Of a stretch of 53,381 nucleotides of DNA, positions 19,614-28,224 are shown piece by piece. The stretch spans positions 1 to 53,381 of the forward strand of contig CAZYXS010000002.1 of NCBI GenBank assembly GCA_964650955.1, given 5' to 3'. Within the stretch, counting starts at the first letter, position 1; every line of letters starts with the position of its first letter. Origin of the DNA: an uncultured Desulfuromonadales bacterium. Lineage in GTDB: Bacteria > Desulfobacterota > Desulfuromonadia > Desulfuromonadales > CAZYXS01. The position numbers were made by a program, and so were the translations under genes. The notes under the pieces were generated by a model, which worked only from the letters and a program-made list of their open reading frames with translations, did not search any database and had not been told where the DNA came from.

Positions 19614-20356
19614 TACCACACCTTGGTCACGGTGATGTTGACCTCCTTGAGAATCTCCCCGGTCTTGAGCACCACGGCGGAAGGCTCGATGGTTCCCTGG
19701 TCGTAGCGGCCGTAAAGGTCGCCCAGTTTGGGGGGACCGCCGAACTTGTCCCGGGCGGCAAGATAATAGGTGCCCCCGGCGGGAAGAAAGATCTGGTAGC
19801 GGCCGTCGGGGCCGGTTTTTTCCGAGACGTACTTGGGCCGCTCGGACATCTGCACATGGTCGTAGACATGCACCCGGGCCCCCTCCACCGGTTTACCTTC
19901 GCTGTCGGTGATCAACCCGGACAGCCCGGTGTCGGTAACCTGCGCCTCCTTGGTCAACTGCCGCACGTCCCCCACCTTGGGTGGCGCGACGATGGTAATT
20001 TCGCTCCCCCCCTTGCGAACGCTGATGGTGATGAATTCGCTCTTGTGGTCCCCGGCCACCACGGGGCCAGACGTATCACCATTGGCCCGGCGCCGCACCA
20101 CGGCAATATAATCTCCCTCCGGCAGGTCGATGGCGAAGGCCCCTTCCGGTCCGCTGGCATCGGTCATGGCGAAAGCCGGGCCGTACAGGTCGGCCCCTTT
20201 CTGGTAGAGGTAGACCCGCGCCCCCTCGAGGGGGGTCAGAATGGTGCCGCGCACCTGCCCGTGGGAGGTCCCGCCGGCGCCACTGCCGCCAGTTTCGGCG
20301 GTGCACCCGCCGAGGCCCAGAGCCAACATTGTCAAGCCAATCAACCACCGTCGCAC
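19613..20356 (-). CDS. carboxypeptidase-regulatory-like (transthyretin/Ig-like) two-module lipoprotein, paralog 5
   Basis: GTG start with GGAGAAG RBS. Lipobox LGLGGC. Two beta-sandwich modules; the second carries PAGGTYYLAARDKFGGPPKLGDLYGRYDQ, the same motif as module 3 of the four paralogs at 25964, 28221, 30615 and 36805. Confidence 0.7.
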   Translation of the reverse strand: MRRWLIGLTMLALGLGGCTAETGGSGAGGTSHGQVRGTILTPLEGARVYLYQKGADLYGPAFAMTDASGPEGAFAIDLPEGDYIAVVRRRANGDTSGPVVAGDHKSEFITISVRKGGSEITIVAPPKVGDVRQLTKEAQVTDTGLSGLITDSEGKPVEGARVHVYDHVQMSERPKYVSEKTGPDGRYQIFLPAGGTYYLAARDKFGGPPKLGDLYGRYDQGTIEPSAVVLKTGEILKEVNITVTKVW

Positions 20357-20382
20357 GTCTGCAACTTCTCCAATCGTCTGGG

Positions 20383-21498
20383 CTACCTTGACTTGGGCAG
20401 CAGTTCAAGCCGTTCCAGGGTCGTGGAAGCGAAATGTTCCCGCAGGGTGTGATCCATGATCGCCAGGCCGAATCGGGCCGCCTGCTCCGGCCCAGGGTGA
20501 AAGACGAGATCATGGGGATCGTTGGTATCCAGGGCGCGCCGCAAGACCACCGTCCAGTAACCGCCGGCATGACGGCTGTGGGCCCGTACGTCGGCTCGGT
20601 AACCGGCGGGTCGCTCCACCAGAAAGCCAGGAGCCCGCGTTCCCGGCGGTCGAAATTCCTTGCCCAAGGGCGCGCCTTCGCTATCATAGAGGGGGCGATC
20701 CCCTGGGGTAAAGGGGAAAGCGCTGCCGCCATCACGGACCGCCAGAGAGTTTTCCCGGAACAGGTCCCCGGGCAGATCGCCGTGCATCCCCTGGTCGTCC
20801 AGATAACGGTCGTCGGCAAAACCAAAGCGGCCGGTGCGCCCCGCCTTCCAGTGCCACAAGTCCAGGCTGGGCCCGGGCCTGGCCAGCTTCATCTTGCTCA
20901 CGGCGTGAAAATTGGCCCCGGAAACGCCAAAGTTGTCGATATGGCAGGCCATGGAACAACTGAAGCGGGGAAACTCTTCGGCCCCCGCCCAGAACAATCC
21001 CAAACTATCCTCAAGTGCCCCGGAGTTGCTCCACTCGGCACCGTCGAACTGCCATTCCATCATGGCGTCGTCCTGAGTGGCGTCGACCCAGGAAAGCCTC
21101 AGGTAGAGATCGGTGTCGGTGTAGAAGGCCCGCAGGTCGACCTCGATGGGGGTCGGCAGGGTGGCACCGTGGTGGCAGGCAGCGGTGGTGGCATGCACAG
21201 TGTCGTCGGCCACCTCCCCGGGAATGGTCATGCGGTGAGGACGACCACCCTTCACCGTGACCAGCCGCGGCAGGGCACTGCGCCACTCCTGCTCCGTCGG
21301 CGGTTGTTCCAGGTGCAGGGCATAGAGACGGTCCGCCGGCACCTCGCGACAGGCGGCCAAGGCAAATAGCACAAGGCAGAGAGCGACGAGGGAAGGCAAC
21401 CAGCGAATCACCAATTTAATTCTCCGTTTCGGCCACAACCAACGCTGGCCAGACAGCTCTTTCGGCATCGGCCCAAAAAAAAGCAAATACCGTACCAT
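20383..21498 (-). CDS. EB_dh-type (ethylbenzene dehydrogenase / DMSO-reductase gamma-like) haem-binding-domain lipoprotein
   Basis: The stretch DLRAFYTDTDLYLRLSWVDATQDD...LGLFWAG...FSCSMACH...LDLWHWKAGRTG resembles the EB_dh haem-binding domain. Lipobox LFALAAC. The start is uncertain (21498, 21468 or track 21681); I chose 21498 for its AAAGGA RBS. Confidence 0.6.
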   Translation of the reverse strand: MVRYLLFFGPMPKELSGQRWLWPKRRIKLVIRWLPSLVALCLVLFALAACREVPADRLYALHLEQPPTEQEWRSALPRLVTVKGGRPHRMTIPGEVADDTVHATTAACHHGATLPTPIEVDLRAFYTDTDLYLRLSWVDATQDDAMMEWQFDGAEWSNSGALEDSLGLFWAGAEEFPRFSCSMACHIDNFGVSGANFHAVSKMKLARPGPSLDLWHWKAGRTGRFGFADDRYLDDQGMHGDLPGDLFRENSLAVRDGGSAFPFTPGDRPLYDSEGAPLGKEFRPPGTRAPGFLVERPAGYRADVRAHSRHAGGYWTVVLRRALDTNDPHDLVFHPGPEQAARFGLAIMDHTLREHFASTTLERLELLPKSR

Positions 21499-21881
21499 CC
21501 CGCTAATCCTTTTTCGGCAACCCTGTGGGAAGGGAGCGGCCTGGCGGGCACTGGCCAATGGCAGAAACCTGCCAATCGGCGGACAGGTGAGAGACAAAAT
21601 TCCTTCCTTCGAGTTAAAAGGGGTGCCTTGGAATGCTTGAAGGGTTTCTTTCATCCGAACAAGTCCAACTTTTCGGAGCAATTATTGCATAGAATATCGG
21701 ACAAGCTTCCTTTCAGGTCCGCGCCTGCCTGGTACATAACTGCGCCGTGGACCGGCACAAGGTCTTGAATCCTTGGCGAAACTGACTTTTCCAAACCTGG
21801 TGGGGAACGCTGTTCCCTCCTGGAATCAATGGTTCATTGCAGCGTTTTCACTTGCCTTCCCCAGTGAAAAGGAGAGATTTG

Positions 21882-23360
21882 ATGCCACCGAGACCCATCC
21901 TAGCCCTGCTGTTTGCGGCCACCCTGGGATTAACTTCCTCCCCGGCGTTGGCCGGCGAATTTATTGACATCTCGAGTCTGGCCGGCGTCGCCGACGACGG
22001 CCTGGGCAAAGGGGTCGCCTTCGCGGACATCAACAACGACGGCCTGGTGGACCTGTACGTGTCCAACAAAGGGGGCAGCAACAAACTGTACCTGAACCAG
22101 GGTGGCGGAAACTTCCTGGACATCACCGCCGACGCAGGCACCGGCATCGACCATCCGGGCTTCACCATGGGGAGCGTTTTCGGTGACTTCGACAACGACG
22201 GGCTGATCGACCTCTACCTGGCCACCGGGGGCCGGAACGAGATCGAAGCCAACCGCCTGTTCAAGAACATGGGCAACGCCACCTTCATGGATGTGACCGA
22301 CAAGGCCGGGGTCGGCCTGAAGGCCTTCACCTACTCGGCGTCCTTCGTCGATTTTGACAACGACGGTTTTCTTGACATCTACTGCGCCAATTATGGCGTC
22401 GGTGCCAAAAACGTCCTCTTCCGCAACAATGGCAACGGCACTTTCAGCGATGTGACCGATGCCGCCGGGGTGGGGGACCCCTCCTGGAGCTGGATGGGGG
22501 TCTGGGCCGATGTCAACGGCGACAACTGGCCCGACCTGTACGTCGTCAATGGCCGCTACCCGGCCGGGGAACCCAACCGCCTCTATATCAACAACCGCAA
22601 CGGCACCTTCACCGAAATGGCGAAAAAAGCCGGGGTGGATGACCCCCACTGGGGTCTGGGCGCCGCCTTCGCCGACGTCGACAACGACGGCGACCTCGAC
22701 CTGTTCGTCTCCAACTATGTGGGGGGCAACAACCTCTATCTCAACGACGGCAAAGGGTTCTTCACCAGGGGGACGGAGCGGATCAAGGGTGGCCACGATG
22801 GCTGGGGCAAAGGCCCGACCTTCGGCGATATCGACCACGATGGCGACATCGACCTTTACGAAGGGGACTGCAAACTGGCCAATCAGCTCTACCTCAACGA
22901 TGGCAAAGGCAATCTGGCCAACGTGGCCGACAAGCAGCCGGTGCTCAAGTGCGAAACCGTGCGCACCAAAGGGACGGCCTTTGCCGACATCGACAACGAC
23001 GGCGACCTCGATCTCTACGTGATCAACTGGGGCGCCCCCAACAAAATGTTCGAGAACAAGCAGAACGACCGCAAGTGGCTCAAGGTCAAGCTGAGCGGCA
23101 CTGTTTCCAATCGTGACGCCTACGGCGCCAAGGTCAGGGTCTACGTGGCTGGCAGCAGCAAACTGGTCGCCATGCGGGAATTGCGCTCGGCCACCGGGTT
23201 CTGCGCTCAGGAGCCCCAGGTGCTGCATTTCGGCCTCGACAACGGCCGGAGCTACGACCTGGTGGTGACCTTCCCCAGCGGCATCGAGGTAAAGACCAGC
23301 GGCGTCCAGACCGGCAAACTGCTCGAAGTGACCGAGCCTCGCAAAACTGCCCGGCGCTGA
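21882..23360 (+). CDS. FG-GAP/VCBS-repeat protein with C-terminal ASPIC/UnbV domain (CRTAC1-like), secreted
   Basis: ATG 21882 with AAAGGAGAG RBS. Signal peptide ...SSPALA. There are at least 6 repeats of the F.D.DNDG..DLYV.N type. The C-terminal WLKVKLSGTVSNRDAYGAKVRVY...ELRSATGFCAQEPQVLHFGL is UnbV_ASPIC-like. Confidence 0.85.
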   Translation: MPPRPILALLFAATLGLTSSPALAGEFIDISSLAGVADDGLGKGVAFADINNDGLVDLYVSNKGGSNKLYLNQGGGNFLDITADAGTGIDHPGFTMGSVFGDFDNDGLIDLYLATGGRNEIEANRLFKNMGNATFMDVTDKAGVGLKAFTYSASFVDFDNDGFLDIYCANYGVGAKNVLFRNNGNGTFSDVTDAAGVGDPSWSWMGVWADVNGDNWPDLYVVNGRYPAGEPNRLYINNRNGTFTEMAKKAGVDDPHWGLGAAFADVDNDGDLDLFVSNYVGGNNLYLNDGKGFFTRGTERIKGGHDGWGKGPTFGDIDHDGDIDLYEGDCKLANQLYLNDGKGNLANVADKQPVLKCETVRTKGTAFADIDNDGDLDLYVINWGAPNKMFENKQNDRKWLKVKLSGTVSNRDAYGAKVRVYVAGSSKLVAMRELRSATGFCAQEPQVLHFGLDNGRSYDLVVTFPSGIEVKTSGVQTGKLLEVTEPRKTARR

Positions 23361-23387
23361 TTTCCTCTACTCAATATTTGCCACGCA

Positions 23388-23423
23388 GGGCTGTCCGGAC
23401 CGGGCGGCCCTGCTTTTTTTCTG
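23388..23423 (+). terminator. rho-independent terminator after the FG-GAP gene
   Basis: GCAGGGC-(15 nt)-GCCCTGC followed by TTTTTTT, 28 nt after the stop codon. Confidence 0.6.
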
Positions 23424-23493
23424 GCTGAAATCCGGCACAAAGATTGCTCTGAGACCTGGGGATTTCAGCCACTTCTGTTTCGCAGCGGAGACC

Positions 23494-25944
23494 ATGGAAC
23501 CAACACCGCAACTCGACCGTCGCACCTGCTGGGGGATGTTTTTCCTCTGCATGGCCACCCTGATGTACGAACTGATCCTGACCCGGATCTTTTCGGTGCT
23601 GATGTGGTATCACTTCGCCTCCATGGCCATTTCCCTGGCCCTGTTCGGCATGGGGGTGGCGGCCCTGACCGTCTACCTGCGCCCGGCCTGGTTTCCGCAG
23701 GAGCGGGTGCCATTCCTGGCCTCCCGCTTCGCCGCCCTGTTCGGCGTCGCGGTGGCGCTGTTCTTCGCCATCTTCGTGCTGTTCCGGTTGCAACCGCTCT
23801 TCGGTTTCAAGGTCCTGGCGTTTTTCCATCAACCCTTCTACCAGCCATTCCAGCAGGGTTTCTACGATCGGGCCCTCCCCACCGGTTTGCTCACCGGCCT
23901 GGCAGGGCTCTACCTGATCACCGCCCTCCCCTTCTTTTTCAGTGGGTTGAGCGTCACCCTGCTGCTCAGCCGTCACCTGAGCGGCATCAACCGCCTTTAT
24001 TGCTGGGACCTGCTCGGAGCGGGGGCCGGCTGCCTGTTGATCATCGCCGCCCTCAAGCTGCTGGGAGGCATCACGGCCATTCTGGCCATCGCCCTGATCG
24101 GCCTGCTTTCCGCCCTGCTGCTGATGCCCACCGGCACCTCCTCCATCCATCGGGCCGGCCTGTGGGCCGCAATGTTGCTGATGGTGGCGGCGGGAGGGGT
24201 CAACCTGGCGACCGATTTCGCGGAAATCCGCTTCGTGCGCGGCCGCTACGAGCCGAACCTGCTCTGGAGCAAATGGAACTCTTTTTCCCGCCTGGCGGTC
24301 TACCCGACCCAGGCCCAGGAAATGGACCAGGGGTGGGGCCTTTCCCGCACCTATCGGGGGCCGATCCCTGAGCAACTCGGCATGGTGGTGGACGATACCG
24401 GTTACACCTCCATGTTTCGCCGCGACGACGAACGTTTTCGCGAGTATTTCCGCGCCAACGTACTCGCCCTTCCCTACACCCTCTATCACCAGCCGACTTC
24501 CCTGATCATCGGCCCCGGCGGCGGCAAGGACGTATTGGTAGCCCTGGCCATGGAGTCGCGCCATGTCACTGCGGTGGAGATCAACCCCTTGATCGCCGAG
24601 GCAGTCAACCAGCGCTTCGCCCCTTTTACCGGAGCCCTGTACGACGATCCGCGGGTGGAACTGGCCCTCGACGAGGGGCGCAGCTTCATCCGCCGCTCGC
24701 CGCAGCGCTACGACCTGATCCAGGCCTCGGCGGTGTTCGGCCGCAACGCTCCGGCGGCCGGCGCCTTCACCCTCTCGGAAAACAACCTCTATACCGTCGA
24801 GGCCTTCCGCGACTACTGGAACCACCTCACACCTGACGGAATCCTGACCATTTCCCGGTTCATCTTCGAGCGGGAGACCCTGCGGCTGGTCTCCCTCGGC
24901 CTGGCGCTGCTGCAACAGGAGGGGGTAAGCGATCCGGCCGCCCACCTGGCGGTGATCAAGGAGCGGGGCCTGGCCAATTTCATGCTCAAGCGCTCCCCCT
25001 TCACCCCGCAGGAAATTCAGCAGTTGCGGGAAACGGCCAGGGCCCGGGCATTCGAAGTGGTCTTCCTCCCCGACCAGCGCAGCGGCGACAGCCCCTATGC
25101 CCGCCTGATTGCCACCGGGGGGAGTGAGGATTTTTATCAAAGCTTCCCCTTCGACATCCGCCCCACCGACGATGACCGGCCGTTTTTCTATTACATGTTC
25201 AAACCCCAGGATTTCGTGCGGCTGCTCGGCTTTCCGGAGCAGAGCAACTTCGAGGACCGGGCGGTTTTGATGCTGCGCAACCTGCTGGTGGTGGTCAGCC
25301 TGTTCGTGGCCCTGTTCCTGCTGCTCCCTTTGATCATCGCCAGCCGGGGCAGGCAACCGGCACCGGGGCGCGGTTGGCGCAACCTCTACTTCGCCTGCCT
25401 GGGGCTGGGCTTCATGCTGGTGGAGATCGGCCTGATGCGCCGCTTTGTTCTCTTCCTCGGCCCGCCAATCTACTCCCTGGCGGTGATCCTCTGCACGGTG
25501 CTGGTCTGCTCAGGCCTGGGCGCGCTGCTGGCGGGGCGAATTCCGCCCGGACGGGAGAAACGGGTCCTGCCGATGATCCTCTTGGCACTGGTTTTGCTCA
25601 CTGGAATCACCATATTGACCCTGCCGCCGCTGCTGCAGATGGGGATCACCGCGCCGCTGCCGCTGCGCTGCCTGCTGACGGCGGCGATTCTGGCTCCCCT
25701 GAGTTTGCTGCTCGGCATGCCGCTGCCCCTGGGGATGCGCCTGTTCCACCCGGACAGCGCCGAAGTTGCCTGGAGTTGGGGGATCAACAGCGCCACCAGC
25801 GTGCTCGGCACCATCCTGGCGGTGATCCTGGCCATGAATTTTGGTTTCAACCTGACCCTGCTGGGCGGGATGGCCGTCTACCTGGTCGCCTTGGCGCCGG
25901 TGCTGGCCTACCGGTCGGCACCTCACCTGGCCCCGACCCATTGA
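23494..25944 (+). CDS. fused polytopic membrane / spermidine-synthase-like (class I SAM-dependent aminopropyl/methyl-transferase fold) protein
   Basis: 816 aa. About 7 N-terminal TM helices. The central soluble domain has LIIGPGGGKDVLVAL...VTAVEINP...LDEGRSFI...YDLIQAS (SpeE-like). About 6 C-terminal TM helices. GGAG RBS. Confidence 0.75.
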   Translation: MEPTPQLDRRTCWGMFFLCMATLMYELILTRIFSVLMWYHFASMAISLALFGMGVAALTVYLRPAWFPQERVPFLASRFAALFGVAVALFFAIFVLFRLQPLFGFKVLAFFHQPFYQPFQQGFYDRALPTGLLTGLAGLYLITALPFFFSGLSVTLLLSRHLSGINRLYCWDLLGAGAGCLLIIAALKLLGGITAILAIALIGLLSALLLMPTGTSSIHRAGLWAAMLLMVAAGGVNLATDFAEIRFVRGRYEPNLLWSKWNSFSRLAVYPTQAQEMDQGWGLSRTYRGPIPEQLGMVVDDTGYTSMFRRDDERFREYFRANVLALPYTLYHQPTSLIIGPGGGKDVLVALAMESRHVTAVEINPLIAEAVNQRFAPFTGALYDDPRVELALDEGRSFIRRSPQRYDLIQASAVFGRNAPAAGAFTLSENNLYTVEAFRDYWNHLTPDGILTISRFIFERETLRLVSLGLALLQQEGVSDPAAHLAVIKERGLANFMLKRSPFTPQEIQQLRETARARAFEVVFLPDQRSGDSPYARLIATGGSEDFYQSFPFDIRPTDDDRPFFYYMFKPQDFVRLLGFPEQSNFEDRAVLMLRNLLVVVSLFVALFLLLPLIIASRGRQPAPGRGWRNLYFACLGLGFMLVEIGLMRRFVLFLGPPIYSLAVILCTVLVCSGLGALLAGRIPPGREKRVLPMILLALVLLTGITILTLPPLLQMGITAPLPLRCLLTAAILAPLSLLLGMPLPLGMRLFHPDSAEVAWSWGINSATSVLGTILAVILAMNFGFNLTLLGGMAVYLVALAPVLAYRSAPHLAPTH

Positions 25945-25963
25945 CCTCGCAAAGGACGACTTC

Positions 25964-27034
25964 TTGACCCGACGCCTTCTCATGACCTTGCTCCCCCTGC
26001 TGCTTCTGCTGGCCGCCTGCGACCGCGGCGAAAGAGGCCTGAGCGGCAGCATCATGTTCGGCGACCGGCCACTGGCCGGCGCCCAGGTGGAAATCTACCT
26101 GCGGGGGGAAAAGGATCGCAGCACCCTCCCCTTTGCGGTCACCAACAGCGACGACCGGGGCGGCTATCGCATCAGTCTGCCGCCGGGCCGCTATTATGTC
26201 ATCGGCAAGAAAAGGGAAGAGCTCCCCGGCGGTCAGGTGCGCATGCTGATGGCCGAGTGCCCGGCCAACCCCCTCGAGGTCGCCGCCGGCCTGACCAGTG
26301 TTCCCCCTTTCAGCCTGCGGGAGATGGGGCGGGACGGCGGCCTTGCTCCCGACGCCGACACCTACCTTCAAGGGCGAATCATTAACGAAGGGGCACCGGT
26401 GGCGGAAGCCTTCGTCTATGTCTACAGCGCCGATGCCACTGGGCTGATGGGGCCCTCTTACGGAGAGGCGGTGCAGAGCGACGCGGAGGGGAACTTCCGC
26501 ATCAACCTGCCCGCCGGGCAATGGTACCTGGCGGCGCGCAAACGGGCCGACGGAGCGCGCATGGGCGAACCGGCCCCGGGGGACCTCAACGGCAGCTTCC
26601 CGGGCAATCCGGTGACCCTGGCCAAGGGAAAAACCCTGGATCTGGGGGATTTCCCCCTGACCGTGGTCGACGCCAAGCTCCAGGCCAAACGCCAGGCGGA
26701 AGGGAAATTCCTGCGCACCGACACGGCCCTGCGGGGCCGGGTCACCGATCAGGATGGACAACCCCAGGCCCGGGTCTACGTCTTCGCCTACGCCGACAGC
26801 CGCATGGTGGGCAAACCGGCCTTCATCTCCGACCCTACCGACGCCGAGGGGCGCTACACCCTCTACCTCGGGCAGAGCGGTACTTACTACATCGGCGCCC
26901 GCAGCACCTTCGGCGGCCCCCTTGAGCCGGGGGAATGGGTCGGCACCTTCGACGGCCGGGCCGACCACGGGGCCAATGCGCCCCAGGGCAAGATCACGGA
27001 TTTGGCCGACATCATCGTCCGGGAGGTCTGGTGA
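25964..27034 (+). CDS. carboxypeptidase-regulatory-like three-module lipoprotein, paralog 1
   Basis: TTG start with AAAGGA RBS. Lipobox LLLLAAC. Three about 100-aa modules. Module 2 has AGQWYLAARKRADGARMGEPAPGDLNGSFPGNPV and module 3 has SGTYYIGARSTFGGPLEPGEWVGTFDG. The protein ends in ...REVW. Confidence 0.7.
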   Translation: MTRRLLMTLLPLLLLLAACDRGERGLSGSIMFGDRPLAGAQVEIYLRGEKDRSTLPFAVTNSDDRGGYRISLPPGRYYVIGKKREELPGGQVRMLMAECPANPLEVAAGLTSVPPFSLREMGRDGGLAPDADTYLQGRIINEGAPVAEAFVYVYSADATGLMGPSYGEAVQSDAEGNFRINLPAGQWYLAARKRADGARMGEPAPGDLNGSFPGNPVTLAKGKTLDLGDFPLTVVDAKLQAKRQAEGKFLRTDTALRGRVTDQDGQPQARVYVFAYADSRMVGKPAFISDPTDAEGRYTLYLGQSGTYYIGARSTFGGPLEPGEWVGTFDGRADHGANAPQGKITDLADIIVREVW

Positions 27035-28224
27035 TGCGGTGGATGCTGACCCTGCTTCTGCTGCTGGCGGCCGATGGAGTTCATGCCCAGAGCCTGACCA
27101 AGGACACCCGCTGGCAGGGGACGCGGCAAGTAAAGCAGACGGTCCGGGTCGAACCCGGAGTCGTACTGACCATCGCCCCCGGGACCAGAATCGATTTTGC
27201 GCCGGGCAGCGGTCTCGAAGTGGCGGGGAGCCTGCGGGCGGAAAAGGTCCATTTCACCGGCCTCGGTTGGCTGGGCCTCAGTCTCAAGGGAAGCAGTGGC
27301 AGCCAGCTCAGTGACTGCACCATCGAGGGGGCCCGCACCGGCCTCACCATCCTCGCCGGTTCCCCCCAGCTGCAGCGGCTGTTGCTGAAAAACAATGATG
27401 TCGGGGTGGAGTTGCGCCAGAAGACCGACGCCCGGCTCAGCGACAGCCGGTTCATGGGCAACCGCAAGGTCGGCCTGTTCGTCAAGGACGGCAGCACCGC
27501 CCGGATTACCGGCAACCGCTTCGAGAACAACGGCAAATACGGCGCTTACGTCTACCACGCCGAACCGGCCGAGTTCAGCGGCAACCAGTTCAGCGGCCAT
27601 GCCACCGGCCTGATGATCAGCCATTACGGCAGCGATCCGCTGGTGCAGGGCAACCGCTTCAGCGGCAACGAGGTCGCCATCCTGGTCGACCGGGCGGCCC
27701 GCCCGACGCTGCGGGGAAATCTCCTGCAGGAGAATGCCACCGCCCTGCACTGCTACCGCCGCGCCGACCCGCTGGTGGAGGGCAATCGCTTCGAAAACAA
27801 CCGCCTGGGGACCCTGGTGGCCTTTTCGTCCTACCCGCGGCTGCAGGGCAACGATTTTGTCGGCAACAAACTGGCCCTGCGCCTGGAATATCAGTCCTCC
27901 ACCTGGGAGACCGAACGGGGCGCCGCCACCCGGGCGGCAGAGAGCGGCGCCCAGGGGGCCTTCGGCAAGGGGGAACGGCCCGAGGTGGGAGAAGAACAGC
28001 GTCGCCCCGAACAGCTTACTGGACTGGTGGAGGCCCGTGACAACTGGTGGGGGGAAGCCGGCACCCGGGAACTGGAGCAGATCGGGCTCGACGGCAATCC
28101 CTCCTTCATCGCCGATGGCCGCGACACCCCGACCTTTCTGGAGGCAGGAAAAAGCTACCCTTTGGACCGGGTGCAGTTCGCCCCCTGGAGCAAGATTCCT
28201 CTGACTCGTGAGATGCAACCATGA
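27034..28224 (+). CDS. NosD-like right-handed parallel beta-helix protein (long type), secreted
   Basis: I set the start at ATG 27034 (1-nt TGATG overlap). Signal MRWMLTLLLLLAADGVHA. About 22-aa repeats of P.l.gN.F..N..G.. type. C-terminal ARDNWWG motif. The track start 26935 lies inside the upstream gene. Confidence 0.7.
   Translation: MRWMLTLLLLLAADGVHAQSLTKDTRWQGTRQVKQTVRVEPGVVLTIAPGTRIDFAPGSGLEVAGSLRAEKVHFTGLGWLGLSLKGSSGSQLSDCTIEGARTGLTILAGSPQLQRLLLKNNDVGVELRQKTDARLSDSRFMGNRKVGLFVKDGSTARITGNRFENNGKYGAYVYHAEPAEFSGNQFSGHATGLMISHYGSDPLVQGNRFSGNEVAILVDRAARPTLRGNLLQENATALHCYRRADPLVEGNRFENNRLGTLVAFSSYPRLQGNDFVGNKLALRLEYQSSTWETERGAATRAAESGAQGAFGKGERPEVGEEQRRPEQLTGLVEARDNWWGEAGTRELEQIGLDGNPSFIADGRDTPTFLEAGKSYPLDRVQFAPWSKIPLTREMQP

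Noticed and set aside
21730-21743. Sigma54-like element TGGTACATAACTGC in the divergent intergenic region (and a similar TGGCAGAAACCTGC nearby)
   Set aside because: The GG and GC dinucleotides are separated by 9 nt rather than the 10 nt of the -24/-12 consensus. No enhancer-binding protein gene is in the cluster.
23371-25356. 661-aa ORF on the minus strand
   Set aside because: It is antisense to the membrane/spermidine-synthase-like gene. The plus frame gives coherent TM helices and a SAM-fold motif, whereas the minus frame gives E/Q/G/H/P-rich low complexity.
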